Of a stretch of DNA of 64,000 bases, positions 8,992-18,112 are shown one piece after another (position 1 is the stretch's first letter; each line of letters opens with the position of its first letter). The position numbers were made by a program, and so were the translations under genes. Origin of the DNA: an uncultured Bacteroidales bacterium (GTDB taxonomy: Bacteria > Bacteroidota > Bacteroidia > Bacteroidales > UBA1715); contig CAYFVM010000003.1 in the NCBI GenBank assembly GCA_964346725.1, positions 83,658-147,657 on the forward strand, given 5' to 3'. The notes beneath the pieces were generated by a model. The model made no database searches. It worked only from the letters and a program-made list of their open reading frames with translations, and was not told where the DNA came from.

Positions 8992-10371
8992 TTATCTTTG
9001 AATGTTGTCAATTATTTGTTTTGCGAGGGAATTGGCGGCTTCAAACGATGAACTTTCTGCATAAATGCGTATGATAGGTTCTGTATTTGACTTACGTAAA
9101 TGAACCCAACCGTTTGCAAAGTCAATTTTTACCCCATCAATTGTGTTTACTTGCTCATTTTTGTATAGCTCTGCTATATTTTTCAAAATAGCGTCAACAT
9201 CCGTTTTGGGAGTGAGTTGAATCTTGTTTTTTGAAATAACGTATTCAGGATATTGTTTCTTTAATTCTGTACATGTTTTGCCTGATTTTGCGAGTAAACT
9301 TAAGAACAAAGCAATTCCTACAAGAGCGTCCCGGCCATAGTGAATTTCTGGGTAAATAACGCCACCATTCCCTTCACCACCAATTACTGCATTGGTTTCT
9401 TTCATTTTTGTTACTACGTTTACTTCACCTACAGCAGATGCAGTATAGGTTTGTCCGTATTTTTTTGTTATATCAGAAAGAGCTCTAGTAGAAGAAAGGT
9501 TGCTTACGGTGTTGCCAGGAGTGTGTTGTAAGACATAGTCTGCAACCGAAACAAGGGTATATTCTTCGCCAAACATGGTTCCGTCTTCGTTGATAATAGC
9601 AAGACGATCAACATCGGGGTCAACAACAAAACCTACGTTTACATTGCCTTTTTTGATTGCTTCGGCAGTTGTTACAAGATTTTCAGGTATTGGTTCCGGA
9701 GTGTGAGCAAAATTACCGGTAGCTTCACAATTGAGTTGTAATACGTTTTTTACTCCCAATTGTTCCAAAAGCGATGGCAAAATTAATCCACCTACCGAGT
9801 TTACGCAGTCTATAGCAACGGTGAAGTTTGCTTTTTTAATCGCATCAACATCAACTAACGATAGTGCGAGCACTTTCGCAATGTGTTTTTCATTATAAGT
9901 ATTGTTGTTTTCAATTGAACCAATAGAATCTATATCGGCGTAGGTAAATTCTGCCTTTTCAGCACGCGTTAATACATCATTCCCTTCAAAGGCATTGAGA
10001 AATTCACCTTTATTGTTAAGTAACTTAAGCGCATTCCATTGTTTAGGATTGTGGCTAGCTGTAATAATTATACCACCATCGGCAGATTCTTCTGTTACAG
10101 CAATTTCGGTAGTGGGAGTGGTAGCTAAACCAATGTTTACAACTTTGAAACCAAGCGCAACAATCGTTTGCATTACTAAATTGCTTACCATGTCACCCGA
10201 AAGGCGAGCATCGCGGCCGACAACAATTTTATTTGTGCCGTTTTTTACATTGTCTTTTACCCAAGAACCATACGCAGAGGTAAAGGCTATAATATCAACC
10301 GGGGTTAAATTGTCATTTATAGAACCACCGATTGTGCCTCTAATACCAGAAATAGATTTAATGAGACTCAT
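8992..10371 (-). CDS. glmM: Phosphoglucosamine mutase (alpha-D-phosphohexomutase family)
   Basis: SGIRGT N-terminus, active-site loop TASHNP, DPDVDR metal loop. Confidence 0.85.
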   Translation of the reverse strand: MSLIKSISGIRGTIGGSINDNLTPVDIIAFTSAYGSWVKDNVKNGTNKIVVGRDARLSGDMVSNLVMQTIVALGFKVVNIGLATTPTTEIAVTEESADGGIIITASHNPKQWNALKLLNNKGEFLNAFEGNDVLTRAEKAEFTYADIDSIGSIENNNTYNEKHIAKVLALSLVDVDAIKKANFTVAIDCVNSVGGLILPSLLEQLGVKNVLQLNCEATGNFAHTPEPIPENLVTTAEAIKKGNVNVGFVVDPDVDRLAIINEDGTMFGEEYTLVSVADYVLQHTPGNTVSNLSSTRALSDITKKYGQTYTASAVGEVNVVTKMKETNAVIGGEGNGGVIYPEIHYGRDALVGIALFLSLLAKSGKTCTELKKQYPEYVISKNKIQLTPKTDVDAILKNIAELYKNEQVNTIDGVKIDFANGWVHLRKSNTEPIIRIYAESSSFEAANSLAKQIIDNIQR

Positions 10372-10446
10372 TGTTATTGTTTTGTCGGCAAAAATGATAA
10401 ATATTTTAATATGGCAAAATGTTTTGCCAAAAAATATTTATGAAAT

Positions 10447-11823
10447 CTATTGTAAGAAGAAGAATTCTATCAATTCCGACAAATCTTTACTTGTTAAACT
10501 AGCTCCCGGACCTGCATCTGGACCTTCATCAAAGAAAGAATTGATGGTATTAAGAAGTTCATCCAAGTCAATAAAATCGTTTTCGTCAATATCGCATTTC
10601 TTATATTTCTTTGGAATGCGTTTGTAGAATTGTTTATTAATCGTACTACCGTTCAATAAATCAGGATAGAATTTGTATAATTCTTCTTGAGAAAGTCTTT
10701 CTCCTTTTGTAAGACGATCAATAAGTTCATTTTCGGTGATACCTTTACCTTTTGCGTCATGCGAAAATGCTTTTGTGTATACTTCCACATCGCGATAGTT
10801 TGGTATACCATCTTTATCATCATCAAACGGACAACCATCTGCAAATACGCGAACACCTTTAGGAGTATACGGACAATCATCTTCTGTTTCATCAATACCA
10901 TCATGATCCGCATCCCATTCGGTGTAGTATAACTCGTTTGGCATTGATTTAAATTTGGATAGTATCGCTAATTGTGATAGATAGGTAGTAACACTTACAT
11001 ATGCATATGAATATCCATCGGGGTATTTAGAACCTTTTCGTCCTTCAGATCCATTATATGTAATATCATCAAGGGTATTAGTAGCCACAAAATGATATCG
11101 ATATCCAAGGTTGACTTTGAATGATTTTGAAATATTGTACGTAAGACCTAATTCAACAGGAAACGTAGCAACTATAGGTGTGTAATACTCACGTTGTTCA
11201 ATATCTTCTTCTTGCATAGCAGTTTCGTAATCATAGTCACGATAGACAACAGAAGCTCGAGATGCGTTATAGTCGGTTTGAGCAAGGTTTCGGAATGTGC
11301 CATCTGACCATAAATAAATGCGATCACCATCGGCTGTGTAATAGTCTCCTCGTGCCTCAGGGCGTTGTAGTATAGAAACTCCTATACTTACATATGGTTT
11401 TATAATTTTACTTCGGTTGGTTATTCTTCGAATGTGTTCAAAATTATAATGTACAAAAGCTCCGTATGAATTAATATCTGTTTTGAAATTATATTGTGTC
11501 ATAATATCAGGGTAGTATGATGAACCCCGAATTTGACTACGTTCATATCTGACTCCAAATTTCACCGAAGGAGAAACTGGTTGCAATATTTCAAAATGAA
11601 CACCATTATTTCCAATAGAAAAATTAGGAGATTCATCGTTTTCTACATCTCCATGATACGAAACTATTCCTGTTCCTATATTAAAAATAGGTAAGGATAG
11701 TGAATGTTCTAATGTAGGTTTGTTGATTTGTAAAATTTTATCAATCGCTGAATATGTCTTTTCTTGAGAATACCCCCAAAAAGGAACGAAAATCAATATC
11801 AGTATAAAAACTCTACGTTTCAT
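10447..11823 (-). CDS. Outer-membrane beta-barrel protein with thrombospondin type-3 repeats and a C-terminal EF-hand
   Basis: Signal peptide MKRRVFILILIFVPFWGYSQ. TSP3-type DADHDGIDETEDDCP / DDDKDGIPNYRD. Canonical EF loop DIDENDFIDLDE. No OmpA-like C-terminal domain. Confidence 0.65.
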   Translation of the reverse strand: MKRRVFILILIFVPFWGYSQEKTYSAIDKILQINKPTLEHSLSLPIFNIGTGIVSYHGDVENDESPNFSIGNNGVHFEILQPVSPSVKFGVRYERSQIRGSSYYPDIMTQYNFKTDINSYGAFVHYNFEHIRRITNRSKIIKPYVSIGVSILQRPEARGDYYTADGDRIYLWSDGTFRNLAQTDYNASRASVVYRDYDYETAMQEEDIEQREYYTPIVATFPVELGLTYNISKSFKVNLGYRYHFVATNTLDDITYNGSEGRKGSKYPDGYSYAYVSVTTYLSQLAILSKFKSMPNELYYTEWDADHDGIDETEDDCPYTPKGVRVFADGCPFDDDKDGIPNYRDVEVYTKAFSHDAKGKGITENELIDRLTKGERLSQEELYKFYPDLLNGSTINKQFYKRIPKKYKKCDIDENDFIDLDELLNTINSFFDEGPDAGPGASLTSKDLSELIEFFFLQ

Positions 11824-11871
11824 ATTTTAAATCCAACACACAAATCTACTATTTTATTTGGAATCTTCAAG

Positions 11872-13860
11872 CTATTTGACCCATTTTTGATTAGATAACA
11901 TGAGAGCTTCTTGAACAGTGATACGTTTTTTACCATTATATGCTACCACAAATGCACCTTTTACGGGAGTACTTTCCCATATTTTATTTCTCTGATTACG
12001 AGCGTTTAGGTATGTATCAAAGTCTTGAATAGTGTATTTATACCAATCATCAATTTTTTCAGTTGTAACTTTTTGTTTTATGTTACGTTTTGCATAAAAA
12101 ATTTCGGTATTTTTAATTGCATTGTGCGTAGCACCTACTTGAACTTTGTATCCTATGGTGTTGGTGTTCGTTGTTGAATTTTTAACACTACCACGTTGTT
12201 CTACATTATTTTTATTAGAAAGAGTAACGCTTTTGTTCACTGATATTGAGGCAGATGTAACCGCTCTTGGTTTTGGAGCATACGATTTTGCATCTAAACT
12301 TGTTCTCGTATTTGCTTTCACAGTTGGGGTTACGGTTGTAGTAGTGGTAACTTGTGTAGTGGTTGTTTCTACAGTTGTTTGACTTATTGCACTAGGTTCA
12401 GAATCAATACGTTTTAGTGTTGGAGCTGCTGATTTTTCATCAAAAATATTTTTTATAAGATTCGGATTGTTTTCAGTAGAAACAACTTCTTTTGAAGATG
12501 TTTTTTCAGTTGTTTTCGTCACCTCATAATATTGATTTTTTTCTGCAGTAGTAGGTTGTGCAACTACAGTTTCTGCTGCTACAGGTTGAGTAACTACCGT
12601 TCTTGTTGTAACAGGTTCTGTAACTATTGGTTTTGCAACTACAGGTTCCGTAGTTGTAGTTTTTGTCGCTATAGGTTGGGTTACTACCGTTTTTGTGGCA
12701 ACAGGTTCTGTAACTATTGGTTTTGTAACTACAGGTTCTGTTTCTATCGGTTCTGCAACTGTAACGGTAGGAGCTGGGATATCTAAATTGCTTTGGAAGT
12801 TGTTGATTTCTTTAGCTGAAGGCTGATTTATTGTGTTTATAGCATCTGTGTTAGCCAACTCAGTTTCTGGTTTAGATGTATTTGATACTTCTGTATCAAT
12901 ATTAGGGGATATGTTGTCATTAGTGTAATACTGCTCGGTTTCAGTATTTTGTACGGGAATAGGTTGGCTTTCCGTTTCGGTTGTTGCCAAACCAGTACTT
13001 TCACTAATACGTCTATCTTCATCTGTAATTACAAAACTTTTACTTTCGTCATTGTCATATACTGTGAAAGCACCATTAATATATAAGTCTTTAATATTAT
13101 ATCCGGCTTGAGGCAATACTTTATATGTAACAGTGAATTTTTCTGTTTCAGGGGCCTTAACCCACATGAAACGAGCAATGTTTTGTACGGTAGAAACCGT
13201 ACTGCCAGCTGTCTCCAATGCTTCAAATGTATAACCAGCAGGAAGCATTTCTTCTATTTTGCACATTGTTTGCACATTGGATTTGTTGGTGGTAATTGAA
13301 ATAATCGCATTGTTGTTCAAGAAATCAACTGTACGTGTACAAGTAATAGCATCGTAATTGATTTTTTCACGGAAAGGTTCGCTTACTGTTTCAGCAACAA
13401 TAGAAGAGGAGTTCCCTAAAACTGATATTGTTCGTGGCGTAAGTTCTTTTGATTGTTTAACATTCTCTGATACGTAGCTGAATTTCCCTGAAAACACAAA
13501 TGATTCATCGTTTACAATCTCTGGAACTATAACATTAAATTTAAACGTAAATGCTTTACTTAAAGGTAACACAACCCAAAGCATTGTAATAGTATTCTTC
13601 TCAAATTTAAAATTTTGATCAGAGGATGTAGCTTGAAATCCTTCCGGTAATTTGCAGGTAAATCTTCCGAAACCGCTAATTTCACCTTTTTCTATCGTAA
13701 CTGTAACGGGCACGGTAGTACCAGACTTTATAGTATCAGGGAAATCGCTAGTAACGGTAACAATATTAGCTAAGTATAAATTTACTGCTGAAAAGAATAA
13801 AATGCCGCCGACTAATATGGTTAGCAAATGTTTTGCATTTTTTACACTAATAGTATTCAT
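11872..13860 (-). CDS. SPOR domain-containing protein with a T/P/V-rich repeat linker
   Basis: N-terminal TM anchor. The central repeat is (V/I)(T/A)(E/K/Q)P(V/I). The C-terminal SPOR-like region is GYKVQVGATHN...YKYTIQDFDTYLNARNQRNKI. Confidence 0.7.
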   Translation of the reverse strand: MNTISVKNAKHLLTILVGGILFFSAVNLYLANIVTVTSDFPDTIKSGTTVPVTVTIEKGEISGFGRFTCKLPEGFQATSSDQNFKFEKNTITMLWVVLPLSKAFTFKFNVIVPEIVNDESFVFSGKFSYVSENVKQSKELTPRTISVLGNSSSIVAETVSEPFREKINYDAITCTRTVDFLNNNAIISITTNKSNVQTMCKIEEMLPAGYTFEALETAGSTVSTVQNIARFMWVKAPETEKFTVTYKVLPQAGYNIKDLYINGAFTVYDNDESKSFVITDEDRRISESTGLATTETESQPIPVQNTETEQYYTNDNISPNIDTEVSNTSKPETELANTDAINTINQPSAKEINNFQSNLDIPAPTVTVAEPIETEPVVTKPIVTEPVATKTVVTQPIATKTTTTEPVVAKPIVTEPVTTRTVVTQPVAAETVVAQPTTAEKNQYYEVTKTTEKTSSKEVVSTENNPNLIKNIFDEKSAAPTLKRIDSEPSAISQTTVETTTTQVTTTTTVTPTVKANTRTSLDAKSYAPKPRAVTSASISVNKSVTLSNKNNVEQRGSVKNSTTNTNTIGYKVQVGATHNAIKNTEIFYAKRNIKQKVTTEKIDDWYKYTIQDFDTYLNARNQRNKIWESTPVKGAFVVAYNGKKRITVQEALMLSNQKWVK
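12541..12780 (-). repeat. In-frame tandem repeat (15-nt unit nested in a 90-nt unit) inside the SPOR gene
   Basis: The 38-nt block ACAGGTTCTGTAACTATTGGTTTTG[C/T]AACTACAGGTTC occurs at 12611 and 12701 with 1 mismatch. The underlying 15-nt periodicity encodes xTxPx pentapeptides. Confidence 0.85.
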
Positions 13861-13887
13861 AAGGCTTACCTAAATTTATTGTGTTGA

Positions 13888-13895
13888 CAAAAATA
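13888..13895 (-). promoter_or_regulatory. -7 box (TATTTTTG on the minus strand) for the SPOR gene
   Basis: Plus-strand CAAAAATA, 28 nt upstream of start 13860. Confidence 0.4.
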
Positions 13896-14172
13896 AGGTG
13901 CATTTTTTGAAAATGCAAGTAAAATGCACGAAATTGTTCATAGTGTTGTTAATAAAATGTGAATTTCTTATTGAGCTAGAACCCCGAAACCCTACAACCC
14001 ACAAAGAATGTGGTGCAATTTTACTGCGTTATTAACAATTGAGAATTTTTTCAGGATTTTCTCAATTATTAGCAACAAGTATTAAAATATTCTACAGATT
14101 TGATACAACTCTATTGTATTCATAATTAGAAACAAAAAAATAGAGTGAGTTGTACTATATTATTGATAGGAA

Positions 14173-14208
14173 TAAAAAAACACGGAAACTCTATCAAGAA
14201 TTTCCGTG
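14173..14208 (-). terminator. Rho-independent terminator of gpmI
   Basis: Minus strand: CACGGAAA-loop-TTTCCGTG followed by T8. Lies about 27 nt after the gpmI stop. Confidence 0.7.
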
Positions 14209-14234
14209 TAACATATCGTAATTATTTCTTAAAG

Positions 14235-15764
14235 CTATTGTATAAGATTTTTGCCTGTCATTTCTGTTGGCTTTTGTATCGCAAGTATGTGACAAATAGA
14301 AGGGGCCACATCTGCTAGAATGCCATTCTCTACTTTTGCATCTTTGTTTTCGCTGATATATACAAAAGGAACTGGATTAAGAGAGTGTGCTGTGTTTGGA
14401 GTTCCGTCAGCGTTGATTGCGTTGTCGGCATTTCCGTGGTCAGCGATGATGATTGTTTTATAGTGCATTGTTTTTGCAGTTTCTACTACTTCGTTCACAC
14501 AAGAGTCTACAGCAACAATAGCTTTCTCTATTGCTGAATAAATTCCGGTATGTCCAACCATATCTCCGTTTGCAAAATTCACAACGATAAAGTCGTATTT
14601 ATCTGTTTTGATAGCCTCAACCAATTTGTCTTTTACTTCGAAAGCACTCATTTCTGGTTGCAAGTCGTATGTAGCAACTTTTGGAGAAGGAACTAAGATA
14701 CGATCTTCGTTTTCGTATGGAGTTTCACGACCGCCATTGAAGAAGAATGTAACGTGAGCATATTTTTCTGTTTCGGCAATGTGTAATTGTGTTTTGCCTA
14801 GGCTTGAAATATATTCTCCAAGTGTGTTTTGTACGTTTTCTTTATCAAATAATATATGTACGCCTGTGAATGAAGCGTCATACGGAGTCATACAATAATA
14901 TTGTAGGTTTGGAATTGTTTTCATTCCAGCTTCCGGCATATCTTTTTGAGTAAGAACGATTGTTAATTCTTTTGCTCTATCGTTACGATAGTTGAAGAAA
15001 ATAACAACATCACCTTCTTTGATACGTCCGTCAACGTTTGTATTTACAATTGGTTCTATGAATTCGTCTGTGCCTTTGTGTTCTGCACAGTCTGAGTCAT
15101 AACTTTCTTGTACGGCTTGAACCATGTTGGTAGCTTGTTTTCCGTTACCATTTACTAATAGGTCGTATGCGATTTTTACACGTTCCCAACGTTTGTCGCG
15201 GTCCATAGCGTAGAAACGACCAATAATAGAAGCAATGCTTCCCGTGTTTTTCGCTAAGTGAGCGTCTAATTGTTCAATAAAACCTTTACCACTTTTTGGG
15301 TCGGTATCGCGACCGTCCATAAAGCAGTGAACAAATGTGTTGTCAATATTATATTGTTTTGCTATTTCAATCAATTTGAACAAATGATCCATAGAACTGT
15401 GAACGCCACCGTTTGATACAAGTCCTAATAAATGTATTTGTTTGCCTTTTTCTTTAGCGTAGCTGAATGCATTGATAATCTCTTTGTTTTGCAAGATAGA
15501 ATTGTCAGCACATGCGCGATTGATTTTTACTAAATCTTGATACACCACGCGACCTGCACCAATATTAAGGTGACCAACTTCAGAGTTTCCCATTTGTCCA
15601 TCGGGCAAACCTACGTTTTCTCCTGATGCTTGTAGTTGTGAGTAAGGATATGTTTTTAATAAATAATCCCAATATGGAGTTGGAGTTGAACTAATTACAT
15701 CGGCTTTACCTTTGCTTCCGAAGCCCCAGCCGTCCAAAATCATTAACAATGCTTTCTTTCTCAT
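14235..15764 (-). CDS. gpmI: 2,3-bisphosphoglycerate-independent phosphoglycerate mutase
   Basis: [14 protein letters not shown]..., SNGGVHS, and the metal-binding ADHGNAD motif. Start taken at the second Met. The ORF is open to 15776. Confidence 0.9.
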   Translation of the reverse strand: MRKKALLMILDGWGFGSKGKADVISSTPTPYWDYLLKTYPYSQLQASGENVGLPDGQMGNSEVGHLNIGAGRVVYQDLVKINRACADNSILQNKEIINAFSYAKEKGKQIHLLGLVSNGGVHSSMDHLFKLIEIAKQYNIDNTFVHCFMDGRDTDPKSGKGFIEQLDAHLAKNTGSIASIIGRFYAMDRDKRWERVKIAYDLLVNGNGKQATNMVQAVQESYDSDCAEHKGTDEFIEPIVNTNVDGRIKEGDVVIFFNYRNDRAKELTIVLTQKDMPEAGMKTIPNLQYYCMTPYDASFTGVHILFDKENVQNTLGEYISSLGKTQLHIAETEKYAHVTFFFNGGRETPYENEDRILVPSPKVATYDLQPEMSAFEVKDKLVEAIKTDKYDFIVVNFANGDMVGHTGIYSAIEKAIVAVDSCVNEVVETAKTMHYKTIIIADHGNADNAINADGTPNTAHSLNPVPFVYISENKDAKVENGILADVAPSICHILAIQKPTEMTGKNLIQ

Positions 15765-15961
15765 TATTTTACACATTTAGTATTTTGCGTGCAAATTTAT
15801 AATTATTTTGGAATAGAGGTACGAGTAAAGACTATTTCTATTTATGCGTTTAATTATGTCTATTTATATCTTTCTGATTTGAGTATCATTTGGGTTATAA
15901 AGTACACCTGCAGGTGCTCAAGATTCGTTAGTTATATTAATTTCGCAGAAAAGTAAATGTA

Positions 15962-16378
15962 ATGAAAAGAATTCTTTTGTGTGTGATTGCAAGTATGTTT
16001 TGTGGGCTGTTGTTTGCGCAGCAAGAAGTTGGTTTATGGGAAACATTTGACAATAAACGCAACAAACCTATGTCGCATGTGCAGATATATCAAAAAGACG
16101 GGAAATTGTATGGTAAGGTTGTGAAAGCCTTAGACAAAACCTATACTACATGCACCAAATGTTCCGGTGCAGATAAAGACAAACCTATTGTTGGAATGAT
16201 TATAATTCGTGGATTAGAGAAAGAGGGGAGTAAATGGGAGGAAAGCGATGGCATTCTTGATCCAATGAGTGGGCTTCTTCTTGATGGTGAATTGTGGATG
16301 GATGGTCCCGACAAAATGAAGGTAAAGGGGTCTTACGGTTTTTTACATGATACCCAAACCTGGCGACGCATTAAATAA
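15962..16378 (+). CDS. DUF2147 domain-containing protein
   Basis: Signal peptide, then GLWETFDNK...IYQKDGKLYGKVV...GILDP..G......LW, typical of DUF2147. Confidence 0.75.
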   Translation: MKRILLCVIASMFCGLLFAQQEVGLWETFDNKRNKPMSHVQIYQKDGKLYGKVVKALDKTYTTCTKCSGADKDKPIVGMIIIRGLEKEGSKWEESDGILDPMSGLLLDGELWMDGPDKMKVKGSYGFLHDTQTWRRIK

Positions 16379-16733
16379 GAGCAATTAGGTAGGGTAGAAA
16401 TACCATAACTCCAATTACAGCAGCTGCAATAGCGCATATAAGCACTGCTCCGGCTGCAACGTTTTTTACGAAGCCAATGTGTTCGTTTTGTGAAGAGCAC
16501 ACTTCGTCGGAAAGTTTTTCTATTGCTGTATTAAATGCTTCGGCGGCAATTACCATTCCTATCGCAAAAACAACCGCAATCCATTCTGTTTTTATTATTC
16601 CAAAGAGAAATCCTGCTACTATTACACAAATAGCGGCAAAACCATGAAACTTGGCATGGCGTTCAGTTTTGAATAGTTGGGCAACGCCCAAAAAGGCATA
16701 ACCAAAACTTTTAATTTCTTTTTGCAATTTCAT
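16371..16733 (-). CDS. dgkA: Diacylglycerol kinase family protein
   Basis: 120 aa with three TM helices. ERHAKFH and AAEAFNTAIE motifs match the DagK family. Its 3' end overlaps the convergent DUF2147 gene by 8 nt. Confidence 0.8.
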   Translation of the reverse strand: MKLQKEIKSFGYAFLGVAQLFKTERHAKFHGFAAICVIVAGFLFGIIKTEWIAVVFAIGMVIAAEAFNTAIEKLSDEVCSSQNEHIGFVKNVAAGAVLICAIAAAVIGVMVFLPYLIALI

Positions 16734-16820
16734 ATTCTTCGTTTGTTCAAAAGTACAGCTTTTTGTGAAAAATTAGTACAAAACTTTTTTCTCTCTTTCC
16801 CTTCGACAATAAAGAAGTTA

Positions 16821-16828
16821 TATCTTTG
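16821..16828 (+). promoter_or_regulatory. -7 box (TATCTTTG) for the antiporter gene
   Basis: Exact TAnnTTTG match 21 nt upstream of ATG 16850. Confidence 0.45.
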
Positions 16829-16849
16829 CGGAATATATAATAATAGTAT

Positions 16850-18112
16850 ATGTCACACCTTCCTGCATTGGTTTATGATTTAGCCTTAATTCTCATTATG
16901 GCTGGGGTTGTGACGTTGGTTTTTAAGAAACTAAAACAACCCTTGGTGTTGGGCTACATAGTAGTAGGTATCATAGCCGGACCGTATATAGAATTGTTGC
17001 CCTCGGTAACCGACAAAACCAATATTTCCACTTGGGCCGATATTGGCGTTATTTTCCTCTTGTTTGCCTTAGGTTTGGAATTCAATATTAAAAAGCTAAT
17101 GAACGTAGGCGCTTCGGCATTCATTACTGCATTTACCGAAGTTATTTCTATGTTGATTATAGGATTCGTATTTGGTAAAATAGTGGGATGGGGAAATATT
17201 GAAAGTTTGTTTTTGGGAGGAATGCTGTCAATGTCTTCAACAACCATTATTATAAAGGCATTTGATGATTTGAACGTACGAGGACAGAAGTTTACCGGAG
17301 TGGTTTTTGGAACGTTGGTGGTAGAAGATATAGTTGCTATTTTGATGATGGTATTGTTGCCAACAATAGCTGTGAGTCAACAATTTGCGGGGATGGAAAT
17401 GATTGAAAGTCTTTTAAAATTGGGCTTTTTCATGGTGCTTTGGTTTATTGTTGGTATTTTTATTATGCCTTCTTTTTTTAGAAAATTTAAACCATTGCTC
17501 AACGATGAAATGTTACTCATTATCTCATTGGGGTTGTGTTTAGGAATGGTTGTGTTTGCAGTACAAGTAGGATTTTCTGCTGCATTAGGTGCATTTATTG
17601 TGGGATCAATTTTGTCAGGAACAATTGAAGGTCCAAAAATTGAAAGACTCATCAAAGGTCTGAAAGATTTTTTCGGTGCTGTGTTTTTTGTTTCGGTGGG
17701 AATGTTAGTAAATCCATCGGTTTTATTGGAGTATTGGGGCACAATAGTAATAATAACTTTTGTGGTTTTGTTTTTCAAGCCAATCTGTTCAGCATTGGGC
17801 GTATTGCTTTCGGGACAAGATATGAAAATTGCAGTACAGTCGGGAATGAGTTTGGCGCAAATAGGGGAATTTGCTTTCATTATCGCTTCCGTTGGAGTGT
17901 CAATGAATGTAATAAGTACACACATTTACCCAATTATTGTAGCCGTTTCGGTATTTACTACACCTTATTTTATTCGGTTGGCAGACCCTTTATATGAGAA
18001 AATATTAGAAAAAGCGCCCCAAAAAACATTGAATAGAATTGAGAAGATTTCACTAGGAACAAGGCTTCTAAATCGCGAAAGCGATTGGAAACTATTGATA
18101 AAAAAACATTAG
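16850..18112 (+). CDS. Cation:proton antiporter (CPA2/Kef-type) membrane domain; upstream half of a split gene
   Basis: Multi-TM Na_H_Exchanger-like sequence (LGYIVVGIIAGP, FLLFALGLEF, VEDIVAILMM). It ends 3 codons after an A7 tract where the downstream ORF continues in the -1 frame. Confidence 0.8.
   Translation: MSHLPALVYDLALILIMAGVVTLVFKKLKQPLVLGYIVVGIIAGPYIELLPSVTDKTNISTWADIGVIFLLFALGLEFNIKKLMNVGASAFITAFTEVISMLIIGFVFGKIVGWGNIESLFLGGMLSMSSTTIIIKAFDDLNVRGQKFTGVVFGTLVVEDIVAILMMVLLPTIAVSQQFAGMEMIESLLKLGFFMVLWFIVGIFIMPSFFRKFKPLLNDEMLLIISLGLCLGMVVFAVQVGFSAALGAFIVGSILSGTIEGPKIERLIKGLKDFFGAVFFVSVGMLVNPSVLLEYWGTIVIITFVVLFFKPICSALGVLLSGQDMKIAVQSGMSLAQIGEFAFIIASVGVSMNVISTHIYPIIVAVSVFTTPYFIRLADPLYEKILEKAPQKTLNRIEKISLGTRLLNRESDWKLLIKKH

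Noticed and set aside
9995-10627. A 210-aa plus-strand ORF spans the 5' part of glmM and the intergenic region. It is unusually long for an antisense ORF in an AT-rich genome.
   Set aside because: It is hydrophobic and low-complexity, runs across a promoter region into the 3' end of another antisense gene, and has no -7 box. Similar long antisense ORFs (1577-2056, 17377-17925, 27915-28283) occur opposite well-supported genes, so all were treated as artefacts.
12541-12780. Regularly spaced short repeats were considered as a possible CRISPR-like array.
   Set aside because: The period is 15 nt with no unique spacers. The repeats are in frame within a long ORF that has clear N-terminal and SPOR C-terminal domains. 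There are no cas genes in the window.
12532-12786. An 84-aa plus-strand ORF has a striking Cys/Phe/Tyr repeat (RFCNYWFCNYRF...) that superficially resembles a repeat-containing peptide precursor.
   Set aside because: It is the antisense reading of the 15-nt tandem repeat in the SPOR gene. Its periodicity is inherited from the sense-strand pentapeptide repeat, and no start context or promoter supports it.
15905-15916. A perfect 12-bp palindrome, CACCTGCAGGTG, lies in the gpmI/DUF2147 divergent intergenic region.
   Set aside because: It occurs only once, is short, and has no partner half-sites. It could be an operator, but chance occurrence cannot be excluded from this window alone.
16371-16378. 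The convergent DUF2147 and dgkA genes overlap by 8 nt at their 3' ends, leaving no room for terminators.
   Set aside because: Small convergent overlaps are common in compact genomes. Nothing further, such as structure or repeats, suggests regulation.
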